NCBI GenBank assembly: GCA_964016885.1
Contig: OZ024744.1
Span: forward strand, 79,422,001-79,486,000
Source: Eledone cirrhosa
Taxonomy: Eukaryota
Length of the DNA: 64,000 bases
Direction of reading: 5' to 3'
Positions 39,884 to 54,884 of this stretch are shown one piece after another; within the stretch, counting starts at the first letter, position 1, and the number at the start of each line of letters is the position of its first letter. The notes beneath the pieces were generated by a model. It was not told where the DNA came from and did no database searches. It saw only the letters and a list, made by a program, of their open reading frames with translations. The translations under genes were made by a program, and so were the position numbers.

Positions 39884-41259
39884 CGTTTCTGAATTTGTTT
39901 AGCAAGATTCTTTATCTGAAAACGTGCGTTGAAACCGATATTGTTATACTTTGGGAGGGTCATGTTGCCAATAAGAAACACACGCACCAGTTGCTTTCAC
40001 TTCAATTTATTATAATAAATTTATAAATTTAGGAATTTATAAATTTCCGGTTGGTTGGTTGGTTCCACAACCAGATGGTTGTTTATATATTGTCAAAGTT
40101 CTTTCGTCACACATTCTGTGACCTCTTCAGTGACTGGGGATTCTTTTCTTTGTTTTTGTGCCTCTCCTTTGTTCTGTCCTACGCCAAGATGGCGTAAAAA
40201 ATAGTAAATAATGATACAAACGGGACCTGCCCGTTGTATAGGAGCAAATTTTGGAATAGAATAGAAAGAACTAGGAATAAGGTTAATAGAATAAACTCAT
40301 GGTATGATAGCAATAAATACCATAGTGTAATGTTCATCGATACAACCCCTAGAGGTGAATTAGCTTACAAATTTAGAAGGGCCCTAGATAAACATAAACT
40401 CAATACTAAGATAGTAGAAAGACCAGGTACCTCCATAAAAACACTTATTAGCAATACATACCCTTATCAAAGACCTCCCTGTATAGATAAGAAATGTATA
40501 ATCTGTAAATTAAGCCCCAATATTAACTGTAAAACTAGAAATGTAGTATATAGCATAAGATGTACTGAAGGACAATGTAGAGATAAGAATATAGTGTACA
40601 TAGGTGAGACAGCTCGTAGTATAGGGGAACGGATAAATGAACACTGGCTAGAGCTTCAAGATAGTAAAGAATGATCTGTACTCCACCAACATACAAAAAT
40701 AGAACATAAGGGTAAATTAGAGAACATAGAAATAAAAATAGAATCTACACACAGAAAAGACGCAATGTTTAGACAAATCACAGAGGCAATAAACAAATGA
40801 ATTCCAACCAAAATTAAATAGAAAACATGAGTGGAACAGCAACATCACAACTTACAATTAAGGACAAAATGAAAACACACACACATAGAACAAACAACCA
40901 ACCAACCACTAACATGTAAATAAACAAATAAATAAACAAATATAAACACACACAAACACCTGGATGTAACACATGCGCAAACTAAGCACACAACACACAC
41001 AAAAACAAGATGGCGTAGGACAGAACAAAGGAGAGGCACAAAAACAAAGAAAAGCATCCCCAGTCACTGAAGAGGTCACAGAATGTGAGACAAGAGAACT
41101 TTGACAATATATAACCAATCGTCGGGTTGTGGAACCAACCAACCAACCGGAAATTTATGAATTCCTAAATTTATAAATTTAATTTATAATAAATTGAAGT
41201 AAAAGCAACTGGTGCGTGTGTCTCTTATTAGCAACATGACCCTCCCAAAGTATAACAAT
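39881..41259 (+). mobile_element. Penelope-like element, 5'-truncated, with inverted pseudo-LTR; GIY-YIG endonuclease remnant
   Basis: NVVYSIRC...YIGETARSIGERINEH; 39881-40186 is an inverted copy of the 3' repeat; HHR motifs 40092-40134 (-) and 41063-41105 (+, GAAA mutated). Confidence 0.9.
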
Positions 41260-41282
41260 ATATATATATAAATAAATATATG

Positions 41283-41354
<72 letters not shown>

Positions 41355-41384
41355 AATTTATATATATATAAATATATATATATA

Positions 41385-43080
41385 TCATCATCATCATCAT
41401 CATCACCGTTTTACGTCCGTTCTTCCACGCTAGCATGGGTTAGACGGGTTGTCCTGTTGTGGGCAGTGTCTGGTCGGCTGACCATGCCTTGCTCATACAG
41501 GAACTGATCTGGCTTGATTTCTACAGCTGGATGCCCTTCCTAACACCAACCTCATTTACAGTGAGTGCTGGGTGCTTTTTCGTGGCGCCTACACGTCCAC
41601 TTTACAGTGTGGGCTGGGTGCTTTTTTGCCGTGGCACCTCCACGGCCACCTTGCGGTGGGGGGGGGGGGGGGGGGCATATTGTTTATATGCTTCAGCATG
41701 TACCCATGGGAGGTCGGGTACCCTGTATTACTGCGTGACGCCAGAAGTCACGGTCGTGTGTCATTGACTTTGAGAGGTGTAGTTGGGTAAGGTCGGCTTT
41801 TATCACCTCATCCCAAGTCATCTTGGGTCTCCCCACTCCGCGGTTTCCATCAACTTCTAGTGCTCTGCACCTTTTTATGCAGCTGTCATCCTTCATACGC
41901 ATCACATGTCCATACCAGCGTAACCGCCTCTCCTGCACGCAGCATTTGATTCCTCTTATGCTCAGTCTCTCTCTCAATTCATTTATGCTTTGTCGTTCAC
42001 GTATATTACTGTTACACATCCATCGGAGCATGCAGGCTTCGTTTCTCTCTAATCTACGTAAGTCTTCCACCTTCAGCGCCCAGGTCTCACTACCATGCAA
42101 CATCGCTGTTCGGATACACGCATCATACAGTCTGCCTTTCATTCTGAGGGAGAAGCCTTTTGCAGCTAGCAGTGGTAGTAGTTCCCTAAACTTCTTCCAT
42201 CCCGTTCTTACCCTAGTTATTGTACTTTCTGAGCACCCACCTCCGTTGCTAATTCGGTCACCTAGGTAGCAGAAGCTGTCTACTGTTTCTACAGGGCCCT
42301 CCCAGAGATTGGTGGTACTTGTTTCCTGTGGCTGTTTGCTTGCTGTTTCAGCACAGCTGCTGCATGTGAATCCTACATTCTTAATTAAGCTTCCTGAGAT
42401 CCCGCTACATCTCTTGTGTACCCATTGTTTGCATTTGGGGCAAAGAATGGAGTTCCTACCTACACCTTTCCTACATACTGAGCAAGGCCATTTCCCTGAG
42501 GGGATCTGGGTTCTGTTTTCTCGTCTACTTATAAGGACCTTAGTCTTTGTCATGTTGACTTTGAGGCCCTTTCTCTCTAGTCCCTGCTTCCAGGTTTGGA
42601 ATTTATTCTCTAGTTCTACCATAGATTCAGCTATGAGTGCGAGGTCATCAGCATACAGGAGTTCCCATGGGCATCCGGTCTTAAACTCCTCCGTTATTGC
42701 CTGCAGGACTATGATGAACAGGAGAGGGCTAAGAACAGAGCCCTGGTGGACCCCAACCTGTACGCTAAATTCCTCGCTATACTCATTGCCAATCCTAACT
42801 TTGCTGACTGCTCCCCTATACATGGCTTGTACCGCTTTCACAAGCCATTCATCTACTCCTAGTTTTCTAAGAGCCCACCAGATTACTGCACGTGGAACTC
42901 TGTCAAAGGCTTTCTCAAGGTCGACAAATGCCAAGTAGAGTGGCTTACTTTTAGCTAGGTACTTTTCCTGTAATTGCCTCACAAGGAAGAGCGCATCAGT
43001 GGTGCCTTTCCCTGGAACAAACCCAAATTGCATCTCGTCTATATTCACCCGGTCCCTAATCAGCTGTGCTATAACTCTTT
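41385..43080 (-). mobile_element. 5'-truncated RTE LINE with open 451-aa RT ORF (41693-43048)
   Basis: QFGF, FVDLEKAFDRV, QGSVLSP, YADD, Cys/His finger, WYGHVMRM; (GAT)n tail. Confidence 0.95.
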
Positions 43081-43130
43081 CTGTTATAAATATATATATA
43101 TATAAATATATATATATATCTGTTATAAAT

Positions 43131-43161
<31 letters not shown>

Positions 43162-43322
43162 AATATATATATATATGTAAATATATATAAAAATATAAAT
43201 ATATATGTAAAAGTTCTATTTAAATTGTTGGGATACAACAAGCAAATATTTTTATAACTGATATAAACTCAATAATTGTAAAAATACGATATTAAGAAGT
43301 GGAAACTGTATTTATAAAACTA

Positions 43323-43368
<46 letters not shown>

Positions 43369-43614
43369 TATTTATATATAAATATATTTATATATATATA
43401 TATTTATTTATATATATATATAAATATATTTATATATATATATATTTATTTATATATATATATAAATATATTTATATATATATATATTTATATATATATA
43501 TATTTATATATATATATATTTATTTATATATATATATAAATATATATATATATAAATATATATTTATATATGTATATTTATATATATATATATATATATA
43601 TATAAATATATATT

Positions 43615-43645
<31 letters not shown>

Positions 43646-43646
43646 T

Positions 43647-43679
<33 letters not shown>

Positions 43680-43702
43680 ATTTATTTATATATATATATA
43701 TT

Positions 43703-43737
<35 letters not shown>

Positions 43738-44058
43738 ATTTATTTATATATATATATATTTATTTATATATATATATATTTATATATATATATATATTTA
43801 TATATATATAAATATATTTATATATATATATAAATATATTTATATATATATAAATAGAAGATTAAAGTTTAAGCAACTTTATTTATTTATTTATGATATT
43901 TATTTATCCTTATCAAGCGCTCTTTCGATTTTAGTCTTCAAATTTATTATTATTACTATATATAAATATATATATATAAATATATATAGATATATATATA
44001 TAAATATATATATATTTATATATATATATTTATATATATATATTTATATATATATATT

Positions 44059-44095
<37 letters not shown>

Positions 44096-44208
44096 TTATA
44101 TATTTATATATATATATTTATATATATATATTTATATATTTATATATATATATTTATATATCTATATTTATATATATATATCTATATTTATATATATATA
44201 TCTATATT

Positions 44209-44239
<31 letters not shown>

Positions 44240-44286
44240 CTATATTTATATATATATATATCTATATTTATATATATATATATCTA

Positions 44287-45796
44287 TCATCATCATCATC
44301 AGGTTTAGCGTCCGTGTTCCACGCTTGCATGGGTTTGGACGGGCGTTTTCCCACTTGAGGCAAGAGTGGTTGTCTTGCTCGCATAGGACTGTCTGGCGGG
44401 TTTTCTACAGTTGGATGCCCTTCCTAACACCAACCACATTTACAGTGTAGGGCTGGGAGGTTTTTACCGTGTTGCCTACACGGCCACATTACAGCGTGGA
44501 CTGTCTGGCGGGTTTTCTACAGCTGGATGCCCTTCCTAACACCAACCACATTTACAGTGTGGGGCTGGGAGGTTTTTACCGTGTTGCCTACACGGCCACG
44601 TTTACAGCGTGGACTGTGTGTTTTTTGTCGTGACACCTACACGATCTCATTTGTTTCGGCCTGGATGTTGTGGGACCAACATAACTTTACATTGAAAGGG
44701 GCGGTGTGGGTGGGGTGGAGGTGGTGGGACGGGGGTGTGTTTTGATAGAGATGCCTACTGACTGTAGTAGGTTTTTACTTTGTATTTAGGTAAGGCGGGT
44801 CTTCTCTATTACTGAGTACCGCCAAAGGTCTCGGTCCAGTGACATTGTCTTGGAGAGGTGTAAGCGTGTGAGGTCGGAATTTATCAGCTCGTCCCATGTT
44901 TTTCTGGGTCTGCCTACTCCGTGGCTACCGTCTATCTTTATTGCCCTGCACTTTGTTATACAGCTGTCGTCTTTCATGCGCATCACGTGACCGTACCAAC
45001 GTAGCCTTCTCTCGAGTAAACAACATCTGATCCCTCTTATTTCTAATTTTTTTCCTTAGTTCGTTTATGCTTTGCCGTTCACGTATATTACTATTGCACA
45101 TCCAGCGGAGCATGCAAGCTTCGTTCCTCTCTAGTCTGGGACGGGTCTTATTCAGCACAGCATCTCTCCACTCGTCACGGTCCCTCGTCATCTCCACCGT
45201 GAGCTTCAATGATCTGAGGTCTGTTCTCACCACCTCCGCCCATGTTTTTCGTGGTCTACCTCTACCACGTCTTCCTTCAACTGGCATTTCCTGGCACTTC
45301 TTCACCCATCGGTCATCCTCCATGCGCATCACATGTCCATACCACCTCAGTCTGCTCTCCCGTACACTACATTCTATCCCTCTCAGACACAGTTTCTCTC
45401 GCAACACATTTATGCTGGGTCGTTCACGCACATTTACACTGCACATCCAACGGAGCATGTTTGCCTCATTTTTCTCCAGCCGTCACATATCCTCTGCAGT
45501 TGCTGCCCATGTCTCACTACCATGCAGCATCGCGCTCCTCACACAGGCATCATACAACCGGCCTTTCGTACGCAGGGAGAAACCCTTCTTCGTCAACAGA
45601 GAAAGCAGGTCCCTAAACTTCTTCCAACCCGTCCTTATTCTAGATACTATGGCCTCGGAACACCCTCCTCCCATGCTAATCTGATCTCCTAGGTACCGGA
45701 AGCTATCCACCACTTCTATAGCGCCCTCCTGCATTTGAAAAATGTGTCTATCAGTGCGACTTCTACTGTCTAATTTCCCTGTACATCTACTGCATA
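44287..45796 (-). mobile_element. Chimera of two RTE subfamilies joined at ~45137
   Basis: ORF 44925-45458 reads ...VLNKTRP|RLERNEACMLRW, the end of one subfamily fused to the interior of another. Confidence 0.85.
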
Positions 45797-45802
45797 CATA
45801 TT

Positions 45803-45833
<31 letters not shown>

Positions 45834-45836
45834 ATT

Positions 45837-45869
<33 letters not shown>

Positions 45870-45896
45870 ATTTATATCTATATATCTATATTTATT

Positions 45897-45927
<31 letters not shown>

Positions 45928-46415
45928 ATTTATATATATATATATTTATATATATATCTACAGTTTACTCAGCTGTAGAAATGAGATGATAGGGACTGGG
46001 GTCCATATCACTCCACTGCAAAGTGGTTGTGGAGGTGCAAAAAAAGCACCCAGCACTCGCTGTAAATGAGGTTGGTGTTAGGAAGGGCATCCAGCTGTAG
46101 CAATCAAGCCAGAATCAGTTCCCGTCCCACCCTTGCAAGCAGGGAAAAAGCGGACGTAAAATGAAATGATGAAAAATGATGAAAATGATATATATATATA
46201 TATATTTATATATATTTATATATATGTAGATAAATCTACCAAAATATACGGTAGTGTCCAATCCGTATGAAGAACTCAATGTAATCCAAATATCATGAAA
46301 AGAGAAGATGTATTCAAGATGTATTTATATATATGTATTTATATATATATATTTATATATATATTCATATATAAATATTTATATATATATTTATATATAT
46401 ATTTATATATATATT

Positions 46416-46446
<31 letters not shown>

Positions 46447-46455
46447 TTATATATA

Positions 46456-46501
<46 letters not shown>

Positions 46502-46527
46502 TATATATATATTTATATATATATATT

Positions 46528-46558
<31 letters not shown>

Positions 46559-46737
46559 ATATTTATATATTTATATATATATATTTATATTTATATATAT
46601 ATATATTTATATTTATATATATATATATTTATATTTATATACATATATATGGAAAGTTATATTTAAAATTGTTGGGTTACAACTAGTAAATATTTATAAC
46701 TGATATAAAAGCACTCGACAAATATTTGGAGTATATT

Positions 46738-47073
46738 TACAATATTAAATAAATGGAAAACTATATTTATAAAACCATATCTATTTCATTATATATATTT
46801 CGGGGATATCATATTAACAATATGCTATGCCTTCATCAGACAAAATACAATATAAACAGTTTTATAGATAAATAGATTCGACATACCGTTATAACACCGA
46901 CTTCATTTGAAGAGGTTTAAGCCGGTATGTCGAATCTATTTATCTATAAAACTGTTTATATTGTATTTTGTCTGATGAAGGCATAGCATATTGTTAATAT
47001 GATATCCCCGAAATATATATAATGAAATAGATATGGTTTTATAAATATAGTTTTCCATTTATTTAATATTGTA
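46738..47073. mobile_element. Fold-back element B with a hammerhead in each arm (46782-46847 -, 46964-47029 +)
   Basis: 151-bp arms 46738-46888 / 46923-47073; tattttgt-CTGATGA-stem II-GAAA-tatata-TA-atgaaata. Confidence 0.85.
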
Positions 47074-47577
47074 TATACATATATATATATTTATATATTT
47101 ATATTTATATATATATAATTATATATTTATTTTTATATATATATATATTTATATTTATATATATATTTATATTTATATATATATATATATATTTATATAT
47201 TTATATTTATATATTTATATATATATATTTATATATTTATATATATATATATATGTAATTGATCAAAAGAACATCTATTTTATTAATATTTGTATTTTAA
47301 TACTAATAATAATAATATTAATAATATTAATATAAAAAAAACTCGTAGAGTGCTTCCAATCTACTGTAAAACCCATTCTCTGATATACTCATTGAATCTT
47401 GTTTAACTCTTTATATATGTTTAACTCTTTATATATGTTGAGGCAAATAACTATGTGTATACTCTCGTAATGTCTCTTACATTGCCTATTGAGTGCGCTG
47501 ATATACAACTGGTACTGGCATTGATAAATATGCTGGGTCCGTCAACCCTTATTATATTTATATACACATATATATTT

Positions 47578-48040
47578 AGCACTAGAAGTTGATGGAAACC
47601 GCGGAGTGCGGAGACCCAAGATGAGGTGGTAAAAGCCGACCTTACCCAATTACACCTCTCAAAGGCAATGACACACGAACGTGACTTCTGGCGCCACGCA
47701 GTAATACAGAGTACCCGACCTCCCATGGGTACAAGCTGAAGCATATAGACAATATGCCCCCCCCCCCCCCCCCCCCGCAAGGTGGTCGTGGAGGTGCCAC
47801 GGCAAAAAAGCACCCAGCCTACTGTAAAGTGGACGTGTAGGCGCCACGAAAAACACCCAGCACTCACTGTAAATGAGGTTGGTGTTAGGAAGGGCATCCA
47901 GCTGTAGAAATCAAGCCAAATCAGTTCCTGTATGAGCAAGGCATGGTCAGCCGACCAGACACTACCCACAACAGAACAACCCGTCTAACCCATGCTAGCG
48001 TGGAAGAACGGACGTAAAACGGTGATGATGATGATGATGA
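47578..48040 (+). mobile_element. RTE LINE 3' fragment
   Basis: Reverse complement of 41390-41860 with a small deletion. Confidence 0.9.
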
Positions 48041-48329
48041 TATTTATATAATACATATTTATCATCATCATTTCATTTTATGTTTGCTTTTTCCCTGCTT
48101 GCAAGGGTGGGAGGGGAACTGGCTTGATTTCTACAGCTGAATGTCCTTCCTAACACCAACCTCATTTACAGTGAGTGCTGGGTGCTTTTTTGCCGTGGCA
48201 CCTCCCCGACCCTATCAACTCATTTCTACAGCTGAGTAAACTAAAGCAATGGGAAATAAAGTGTCTTGCTCATCACCCGGTCTGAGAATTGAACTCACAA
48301 CTTTTCGATTGCAAGGCCAATGCATATAT

Positions 48330-48694
48330 ATATATATACAATATATTAATAAATGGAAACTATATTTATAAAACAATATTTATTTTATTATACATATTTC
48401 AAGGGCAACCAAGGCAAATTATGGTGCGCTTTCATCAGATAAAATAAATGTATTTACTCCACTAACTTGTTGGATCCCAACAAATTAAATATAACCTCTG
48501 CATATATATTTATATATATGGAGCTCCAACCGTTAAGGTTGTCTTTTATCAGGGTATGTCAATATTTATTTATAAAATTAATCTGTATTGTATTTTATCT
48601 GATGAAAGCGCACCATAATTTGCCTTAGTGGCCCTTGAAATATGTATAATAAAATATTGTTTTATAAATATAGTTTCCATTTGTTAATATATTG

Positions 48695-48705
<11 letters not shown>
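48330..48705. mobile_element. Fold-back element C with a hammerhead in each arm (48381-48446 -, 48591-48656 +)
   Basis: tattttat-CTGATGA-aagcgcacc..gccctt-GAAA-tatgta-TA-ataaaata; the spacer holds an inverted copy of the family's flank. Confidence 0.8.
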
Positions 48706-48725
<20 letters not shown>

Positions 48726-50600
48726 GTTGCTTCTTATATATTTTGTATCGTCATCATTTTAACTTAACTTCAAATTGTTTTTATTTTTAAGTTGCAAACT
48801 AATAATTATTTTTACATTAATTTACTACTCCACTCTCACCTGATATCTAAATCTAACGTTATTTCTTATTTTTATTAATATTCATAACAACAATCTAATA
48901 CGATGTGCGTTTGGGTTTGCTAACAAGATGAAAGTGCTTAATACCAAAGTACTGTTCAATTATTTATGTTATGTCACAGAAAATAATCTCAGTACTAGAG
49001 CATAGTAAGTAGTAAAGCAGTTGTTAATTGAAATGTAATGGATTTGAAGGCAAGATTACGGTGTCACAAACTAAATGCTTTAATTTATCGACTGATTATA
49101 AAAGTGACAGTAAAACTACAAATGAAAGAGTAAAATAAAATAGGAAATATGCTGGAGTTCCTTTTAGCTCTCTTTCCTTGTTTTATAAATTTTTTTTTTT
49201 TTGTTGCCAGCTTACGATGCTTTTTATAAAGAGGATTAAATGAACTCAAGTACTTGACTGGTACTTTATTTTAGTTAGCAACTTCTGATCATTTAACACC
49301 ACCTACACGGTTTCAAAATACTCTTACTATTTTCTTGTTTTTTGTTTTAGTAATAATATACTGGCCTCTTTCTGTCTTTACACATCTCTACACTCGTGTT
49401 GTCATTCATTTAATTTACTGTTAAGCAAGCAAGTCATGGTTCTGATTTAAGTATTTACACCGACACACACACGCATCAATTAATTTCTAAATTTGTTTGT
49501 CTTAAATTAACGATCCATTTTACCATTCTAAAATATGTTAACGTAGACGGTCTTCCTCTCATTGTTGATTATTATTATGTTTTTATAATAAAGTACCAGT
49601 AATGCACTGGGTAATTGCTGGCCTTGTGCCAAAAAGTAGAAACAATTATTATGTTTTTATAAACGTTTGAGATACATCAAGTCTTAACCTTTATTATTTC
49701 CATTTCTTTTTATAATACCATTTATAAATGAATTTTTATACTTTTTAAGTCATAGCTGTGTGTGTGTGTATATATATATAAAATGATGTGTATGTATATA
49801 TATATGTGTGTGTGTGTGTATAGGTATGTGTTTCACCACGTCCAGTTAACCCGCACTATTCCACGTGTGTACAAACACGTAAATTTGTTTTCTTTTCTTT
49901 TCCTCGACATATGCATACACGTATAAACAAAAATAAACATAATTCTTTATATATATATACTCCCTCTACTTTTCCTTAGGTATATATATATATATGTGTG
50001 TGTATAAATATATATATATATATATATGTGTGTGTGTATATACACACACATACCCCTTTTTTCTCCGCTCCTATTCACACACATACATGTACACACTCTT
50101 TCTCTCATGTGTCAACTTATAGGGGTGGTCTGTGGTAACCTAATATTTATTTCGATCTCTTGTTTAACAATCATTTGTAAACAAGTGATGTGTTTTGATT
50201 TATCTAATTAAAACGGCTCAAAGCTCTCTTCCTTCGTTCCACTGTCGCAAAATATTTCTTCTAAATTCTTTATATTAAACGAAAATAGTGGGGTGGGTAA
50301 GAAAAATGCATTAATTAAACATCACACCTATCACCACCAAGGACAACATCATAATAGCTCTCATAACCGAAATCACACTCTAACACTTTAAAAAAACCCG
50401 AAAAGGATACCTTTGACAATGCAGTGATAGATACACATTAAAAAGAAAGACATGAAAAATCAGATATCAGCTGGAATGCCTTTTATCATAGGTTTGCTCG
50501 ATATAGATTGACTTGAGACCAAACAACAACACTATAATTGCAATATATCATTACAATATGGTACAATAACGATACAACTTAAGCCTTGGATTGCGGTCTC

Positions 50601-50677
<77 letters not shown>

Positions 50678-51016
50678 GAAGGGGAGGAAGGATATATTTT
50701 AAATAACATCGATGCAAACAAGTTTGCATTTAATTGTTGCATCGAAATGTTCTTTACGGATCGGCATACCTATCTTCAGCCAGGGACAGTAGTAAAGTGC
50801 ATTCTCTTTCGAGTCTCTATGCGGTTGCTCGACCTCCTAGAAATAGCAGCCACATTTCCATAAAATCTCACACCACCGTATTAATGAAGGGTAAATTAGA
50901 CAGTGTATGTACTTCTTGATATCAGGAGTAAACAATTAGGTAAAATACGCACATGCTTAGGGCACCAAGGGAAGAGGGTACCCTTTTATTAAAATGAAAT
51001 GAAAAAAATGGTGACT

Positions 51017-51058
<42 letters not shown>

Positions 51059-51229
51059 AGTCACCATTTTAAGGGCTTAAGGCTTCCAAACCCGACCCAA
51101 CCTGATTATATACATATATATATTGAAGCGAATATCTATGTGTATACTCTGGGAATGTATCTTACATTGCTTATTGAGTACGCTGAGATACAACCGGTCC
51201 TGGCATTGATAAATATACTGGGTCCGTCA

Positions 51230-51289
<60 letters not shown>

Positions 51290-51527
51290 GTACCAGTAAT
51301 TGCTGGCCTTGTGCCTAAAGTAGAAACAATTATTATTATCATTATATATATTGGCAGTATCGGTAGAGGGTCGGACGCCATGCTTTGACGCATAGAGTTA
51401 CGGTCCTTGCCATTCTGAGTTCAAATCCCGCCGAGGTTAACTTTGCCTTTCATCCTTACGGGGTCGATAAAATAAAGTACCAGTAATGCACTCGGTAATT
51501 GCTGGCCTTGTGCCTAACGTAGAAACA

Positions 51528-51577
<50 letters not shown>

Positions 51578-52032
51578 CAGGTTGGGTCGGGTTAAGTCCT
51601 TTTGAAGCGGAACACCTTTGATTATAAGTCTGTTTGATTGATTAAAGCTGATCAGAGGATCAATAACAACTAAACCGCTTTACTTTAATAGTATTTACTT
51701 TTATTCGTCTATATTCCGTGTCCAAATTCTTCAAATTTCTAAAAGCAGCTGTAATTGACTATATATATATTCACATACTCATTATTCTCTACGGATGTGT
51801 GACCTTGTACTACTAATGAGATAAAATCCTTATGATCATATAACACCTCTCCGCAACAAAAGTTTTGATTTGGGCTTTGTAAAAACAACTACTACAACAA
51901 AAGTATTGTTATATATTAATCAATCTGTATTGTTATTATTGATCTCGCAATTTTTACTCCGTGTATAACTCAACGCTGTTTTTTAATTTTTGTATTTCGC
52001 CCTGGTGCCCCCCAAAAGAAATCCTCCTCCCT

Positions 52033-52188
52033 TTCTTCTTCTTCTTCTTCTTCTTCTTCTTCTTCTTCTTCTTCTTCTTCTTCTTCTTCTTCTTCTTCTT
52101 CTTTGCCTTCTTCTTCTTCTTCTTCTTCTTCTTCTTCTTCTTCTTCTTCTTCTTCTTCTTCTTCTTCTTCTTTGCCTTCTTCTTCTTC
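52033..52188. repeat. (CTT)n microsatellite
   Basis: Direct reading. Confidence 0.95.
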
Positions 52189-53289
52189 ACTGAGATCAAT
52201 TTGATCGACTTTCCCCTCCGACCAAAATTGTTGGCCTTGCGCCTAAATCAGAAATCATATAAATTGGTAGAGCGTCGGATAAAATGCCATTGCAGTATTT
52301 GTTACGGTTCTGTACATTTCTGAATTCAAATCCTGTTGAGATCAACTTTGCTCTTCATCCTTCCGGGATCGATAAAATAAAGAACCAGCCAATTACTGAG
52401 GTTGATTTAATTAAACTTTGCCCTTCCCCTAAAATTGCTTGGCTTTGTACCGAAATTAGAAATTATTGTTGTTATGTGGATACATCATCATTTCTTCCTT
52501 CCTCAGTTACACCAAATGTGTTGCCAGCTCACCATCGTAATTATTAACTCGCACTTTCTTTCATATAAAAGGAAAGAAAAAAAAAAAATCATTGCCATGC
52601 ACTCTACGGTTATCTCTCTTACATATATATTTACTCTACCGTAAATGTGGGTCGATTTGCTGACGACGACCACACTTTTCGCTTCGCTGTTATTTACATG
52701 ATACATCATAATCATAGCAAAAACTACATAATAAATAAAAGGCCATTACTTGTCATACACAATCCCGCCGGGGTTAACTTTGCCTTTCATCCTTACGGGG
52801 TCGATAAAATAAAGTACCAGTAATGTACTGATTAATTGCTGGCCTTGTGCCAAAAGTAGAAACAATTATATTGCTATTTCGATTTCACCATCGATTCTAT
52901 TTCACCATCGATTCACATGGATGGTGAAGTGAAACCAGGAGAAATTGAACGCGGAATTTAGATAAAACGAAATTAAATCCTAATAAAGAGGTTTAATTGC
53001 TGCCGTTATTGTTGTTGTTGTTGTTGTTGAGCTTCAGCTCATCCCTGATCCAACAGACAGACTTTTGTAATCAAAGTTGTGACCGCCCCATCTTTTATTT
53101 TTGTATATCCAGAACTATTTAGTCTAACGTTATCCTTCTTATTTAAGACGGTACTGTGTAATTTTGGAGAGATTTGGTTGCTAGTTCTAACAGGCCAAGC
53201 GACCGTATAGAGACTGCTTCTCTCGTCAGTTTCAAGTATATACACTATTCAACTAAATATGCCTTATATTACACTTTATGCATGAGGAA

Positions 53290-53745
53290 TCTTCATTTGC
53301 AGTACTGGCCTTTGTAGTTGTACACAGAATTGACATAAAATGTCAGAACTGAACTCGCTGAAACACTTTAATGCTGGCGATTTTAAAAAATTTGATAATG
53401 AAATGTTTAGCATCTTATGGAAATGGAAAGAATTAGACTTATTCACAAGTCTTGAGTAAATAATGACTGAATCATACAACAATGTATTGTGGATGCCTAT
53501 ATCTTAGTCTTTGTATTGAGCATTTTGTTCTTCCATGTTCTTTTTGTAAGTTTTACAAATGTGACTGCCTTGCCTATTCTAACATTGATCTCTCGATCTA
53601 GGTGAGATGTAATATATTTATCACGGTCCAGGAGATGCTACACTTTCTGTCAATGTGTTGTTAACATCCTTGGTATGACGAGTGTTTCTCTAGGTTCTGT
53701 TTAAATAGATTAGTCCAACTTCCTTTTGGTCACATGAAACAGTTG
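53290..53745 (-). mobile_element. Old RTE (BovB-like) LINE fragment
   Basis: Minus strand encodes LDREINVRIGKA..FVKLTKRTWKNK..TKTKI. Confidence 0.7.
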
Positions 53746-54884
53746 TATATTCAGAGTATTTGTACAAGAGTTCTTTAAGATATTTTCACTGCTAAGTACA
53801 CATGGTGTACTCAGTTCTCTCCCATTCAGCAAGTTTTGTCTGAGTGATATACTGTCACCTTATGAATCTCCCTCCATTCCTCTGTTTAATTTAGACCCTC
53901 TCTGTGTCACTGCTAATGTGGAAGCTACCAGTGATATAGTCATGTGGACCAAGATGTAGTGATGCTAGTATTCATGAGTGAGGAACAGTTAAATACTTTC
54001 TTAAAGATACACTTAGTACATTTCAGTTATGTGGCTTCACTTCTCTGAAGTCAGTTTGTTGATGAAGAGCTGTTTAACACAGATCCAAGCTTCTTTTTTT
54101 TCTCTTCTTCATTCACCACTTTGGTTGTGGTCTTGGAGAAAAATATTTAAGTAACCAGTGTATAGTTAATACATAACATTTAAGCATGTTATGGCTCTGT
54201 GGTCTTTGGTTCTTAGGCACAGATATTGTCCATGCAACTATCAGCTAATCTGTACATCAAGTTCAACATCAGTAGAGCGTTAGACACCATGATTTGCAAC
54301 ATAGAGTTTATGTTCTGAGTTCAAATCCTGCCAAGGTTAACTTTGTCTTTCATCCTTACGGGGTCGATAAAATAAGGTACCAGTAATGTACTGGAGTAAT
54401 TGCTGGTCTTGTGCCAAAAGTAGATACAATTATGTATTTTTTAACAAGTTGACAAAAGTTACCCAGTAGAATATGAGAGCTTTCTATACCAGTAATCAAC
54501 TCTCCAAGGTGACTTTCCATTCAGTAATTTTACAATAACTAAGTTCATTGGTAATGTCATATGTTTTAGGAAAGATGTTTGTATAATAGTCGCTCCACAG
54601 CCCATTCAACCATACTGCAGTCGTACTGTTTATATTTTAGATTCTCTTCCAAAATGACTCCAAGCCATTGTGAGGAGTAGGAGAAGCATTTACAACTTTG
54701 ATGGTAGGGCCTTTCACACTGCAATATACTGCTCATGGGTTGCATGCAAATTAATGGTTTATAGTCTTACATTCATGTAATTGCATGTGTGTGTGTGCAC
54801 TGTGTACATAAATGACAGGTAGCAAGATTCTACTTCTTGGTAACTTTAACATGGAGAGCAGTTTCTGATTCTTATTCAAATATA

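Noticed and set aside
40672-40674. In-frame TGA in a Naiad-like PLE as possible selenocysteine
   Set aside because: Other copies have TCA (Ser) at this site, so it is a point mutation; no SECIS identified
43905-43945. TTGAAGA..GAAA motif on the minus strand (related at ~19593) and CTGAAAA..GAAA at ~39916/62240
   Set aside because: Cores or stems too degenerate to call as ribozymes
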